Source: Anthoceros angustus (taxonomy: Eukaryota > Plantae > Anthocerotophyta). From it: a stretch of DNA of 64,000 bases. A model generated the notes under the pieces. It saw nothing but the letters and a program-made list of their open reading frames with translations. It searched no databases and was not told where the DNA came from. Within the stretch, counting starts at the first letter, position 1; each line of letters opens with the position of its first letter. The stretch covers positions 1,860,001-1,924,000 of the forward strand of contig MU008163.1 of the NCBI GenBank assembly GCA_010909165.1. The letters run 5' to 3'. The position numbers and the translations under genes are program-made. This document shows, piece by piece, positions 61,052 through 64,000 of the stretch.

Positions 61052-61124
61052 CACCGACACCCGATTTCGAACCCGGGATCGCCTGCGTGAAAGCCGACTC
61101 GCCCGACCACCTCGCCTCGTCCAC
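61052..61124 (-). pseudogene. tRNA-Glu(TTC)-like relic or tRNA-derived SINE head
   Basis: 73-nt minus-strand sequence with an A-box-like AGGCGAGGTGG, anticodon loop CTTTCAC, and CCGGGTTCGAAATC B-box/T-loop at tRNA spacing. The anticodon and acceptor stems pair poorly. Confidence 0.45.
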
Positions 61125-62609
61125 CAGCTATTACGCACACTCGCTCCTCCGTAATGCCCACTTCCCAACGGCCCGTCCACGCCCGTCACAGGAGGGCTAT
61201 GAAGCGTGAAGGAACTCACCACAACGACAAACGACAGCCGAGGGGCGAAGAGAAGTGGAGGAGTCATGTGGGCTATCCCGGGATGCAAAGCGAGAGAAAT
61301 CTTCCTCTTCCTGGACGAGTGTCCGAATGGGATGGCCGATTCTGGGTGTGCAATGAACCTGCACCTGGGGAAGGGCAGCAACGTGAGCTCCATGGCATTC
61401 GAGTCGCTGCCATCGGCGGGCTGGAAAGAAGATGACATTGAAGCTGGGTGGGCATGCGTTTTTTTGGGTGATGTTTACGGGGATGATATGGCATTGTTTA
61501 TTGTAGAATAGGGAGATGTCATAATGGGTTGCGATCCTTGGTGAGCCCTCGATATGCGGCTTTGCAGGCCTTGTGCAAAATGTTCACCTCTTTCCGTGCG
61601 CTATACGGTTGTCTTTGAGAGACACGTAGAGGAAAAGCCTGTTGGAGCGGGTGCCTCGGTCGGGACTCCGCCGCCCACGCTCTTTATTATATGTGTCTCG
61701 CCTTTCCCCTTGCCCCTTTCCCGGCTCCATGGTTCATGCTCTGATCCTGGCCCACATACGGTTCTGATCCGTACTTTATACGGTTGCGGCTCTGATCAGC
61801 TCATGGCCCATAGATTCTCTTCGTCCTGCGATGGCCGTTGGGGACTTGAGTCCAAGTCGGGCCATCGTTGGATGAGATGAGAGAGCTGCGTGTTTTGTTT
61901 TGTTTGCTTTGGTCCTGTTTTGTGTGTTGGGCTGGTGGGTTCGTGAATGGCGATGATGGAGGAGGATGCATGTACCTAGGTGGAGAGCTTGCTGCCGTTA
62001 CAGGTTGTGCCACAACCTCTGTGACGAAGGAAGGGGGATGGATCATGGAAGGGAGGAAGAAGGGAACCTGGAGGGTTTAGTGGGTTGACATCACGTGTGG
62101 AGGGGCAGAGTGCCGTAACACACCTTCTTCTTCCAGACCTTTGGAGTGACGCCATGAGACCATGGGAACACCTGGCAGCATGGAAGCAACGGAGTGTTGG
62201 GCCAGTCCAGCCGAGCCCAGCCGAGCCCAGCCCAGCCCCGCCCAGCCCCGCCCAGCCCGGTCTTTGTGGAGTCCTTGTGGGTCGCTGGATCGTTTGTCCT
62301 TGTGGAATCTGGTTGTATCTGTGGGGAATTTGAGAGGGGATTGGTGGTGCTAGTACACAGCACTTTCTCCCCTTCTCCTCATGAGGTTACTGGGTTTTGC
62401 GAGCAGCTCAGGCTGGGTGTGGAATATGTGTAGATGAGTCAGATAAAGGATTGTATGTACATGTGTAAATCCATGCACAGCCACTGTAACTGCTTCTCGT
62501 GGCAGCGGACCCGGAAATGTTTTGGTTTTCAGCGCTTTGCAGTGTTTGTATGGTTAGCGCCGTACCATATCCATTTGGTCTGCTGAGCTCTAAGAGTACT
62601 TACATGACT

Positions 62610-63394
62610 CAAGCAGCTTCCACAAGGTCACCTGATGAGGTATAAGCAAGGGTGTGGTACTGTACATGGAGCCCTTCGCTTCATACTCCTCCAGGTGTAC
62701 TTCGTACGTAAGCCGGGAGAGATGCCTCCGGTTTCCCTCCCATGCAGCAGCCCACTCCGTCTTTCCGTTCCAGTCTGGAATTCTACTGTCTACTGCCGCT
62801 ACGGTTTTCCTTCTACTGCTACTGTGCCCACAAGGGGCAACCAAACGAGGCCAAGGCAAGGCAAGGCAAGGCAAGAGAAGGCAGGACAAGGCAGATGCAC
62901 CTCAAGCTGTGGGCAGAGTGCAGATCCAGGGCAACCACTCCAGTCCTGCGCTCAAGCGTGCCACCAGCCCGAAGTTGTCCCATGCAACCGGCCCCATCTA
63001 GAAACTTCTGGGAGACGGGTGTTATCTCCACATGTTTCCAGATAAGGCATCTGAGCGCGTGTTTGGACGCTAGCGGATGCGTGCGAGACAAATTCGGGAA
63101 GTCATGGCCAGTCGATCCCGCATCGATGGTTGTGCTTGACTTCATTATCGAATAAGATGGTTTGCTTTTGGGTTTGGCTAACCTTTCTTGAATGGATGGT
63201 TTGCTTTTGGGTCTGGCTAACCTTTCTTGAATGGATGGTTTGCTTTTGGGTCTGGCTAACCTTTCTTGAATGGATATCTGGAGGAAGACTGGGCCGGCTT
63301 TGCTGGAGGCGAAGTGAGCTAGGGAGCTTTCAGACGGGGGAATTCGACATCTTGAGAAGGTGGGTGCTTGATGGACAGACGACTCGAGTGTCAT
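62610..63394 (-). CDS. Possible coding segment of an unidentified gene
   Basis: ORF 62819-63394 can splice in phase (AG|gtgcat...acagtag|A) onto IPDWNGKTEWAAAWEGNRRHLSRLTYEVHLEEYEAKGSMY..., which ends at a gtaagt donor. No family is recognised, and the opposite strand also has open frames. Confidence 0.3.
63156..63272. repeat. Three-copy 39-bp tandem repeat
   Basis: gatggtttgcttttgggt(t/c)tggctaacctttcttgaatg at 63156, 63195 and 63234. Confidence 0.95.
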
Positions 63395-64000
63395 GAATGT
63401 GATTGTTAAGCATATGTTGAGGATAGGTGGACTTGTGTATCAATCCTGTTGAAGGTAGGCATGAAGAGACTGCAGGTCACTGCTGGAGATCCATCCTGCT
63501 CGTTGTTTAGCAACACAGCAGATCACCTCCTGTTACCGAGGTTCATTTAAGAAATTGTCTTGCTCAGCAGTAAGAACGAGGGCAGTCAGCCATCCTGCCT
63601 TGCTTCACCCCAGTTCCTCCGCCTTGGAGGATGTCCTGTCGGGAGTGTGTATCTTGACTCACCATTCACCTGGAAGAGCAGGCTGCCACATCCAGTTATG
63701 CAGCAGTGGGAACGTAGGGTGTCCCTTTCCTCTCCGCCTAGGTCACTTTGCCAGCTAAGGAAGGTGTTCCTCAGACTACCGTCCATGTTACATCTAGACT
63801 TGTCCTGTCCATAAAAGTCTCCTACCCGGATCCTCTGCTGCTTTCCTCCATCTGGATCTTACCTGCAATGACGGGGATCCTCCTACTGTCACCAAGCCTT
63901 GGCCACACAAAGCATGCCACAAAAATCCTCCAAAACAACTTGTTGGGCGGCTGCCCAAATTGTCACATGTGCATGTCCAGTCTGCACCCGCCACATGCAT

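Overview
Nuclear DNA of a land plant with short GT-AG introns and GC-rich, repeat-rich exons. A bryophyte or lycophyte is my inference and is not proven. Left to right: (1) an unidentified spliced minus-strand gene running off the left edge; (2) a repeat and transposon nest at about 1.8-7.6 kb, with satellites, a decayed CRE/RLE-type non-LTR retroelement and a possible hAT remnant; (3) a compact gene block: syntaxin SYP61, a TLDc protein, an SDR110C-type dehydrogenase, plastid MsrB, an NPF transporter lacking the ExxER/K motif, exosome RRP45, and an At3g63290-like 2OG-Fe(II) oxygenase, with a 930-bp TIR element between the TLDc and SDR genes; (4) about 11 kb without a recognisable gene, carrying motif arrays; (5) two convergent SBP-box genes, one SPL8-like (+, no miR156 site seen, apparent double frameshift) and one miR156/529-targeted (-), whose 5' part is tandemly duplicated (1.5 kb) with a deletion-biased error pattern suggesting an assembly artefact; (6) a decayed LINE, a tRNA-Glu-like relic and an unidentified coding-like segment at the right edge. 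The most interesting system is the tail-to-tail SPL pair, each gene with a GTAC (SBP core site) cluster upstream, which may be an ancient self-regulating locus. All family assignments come from motifs recognised by eye; no database searches were run.
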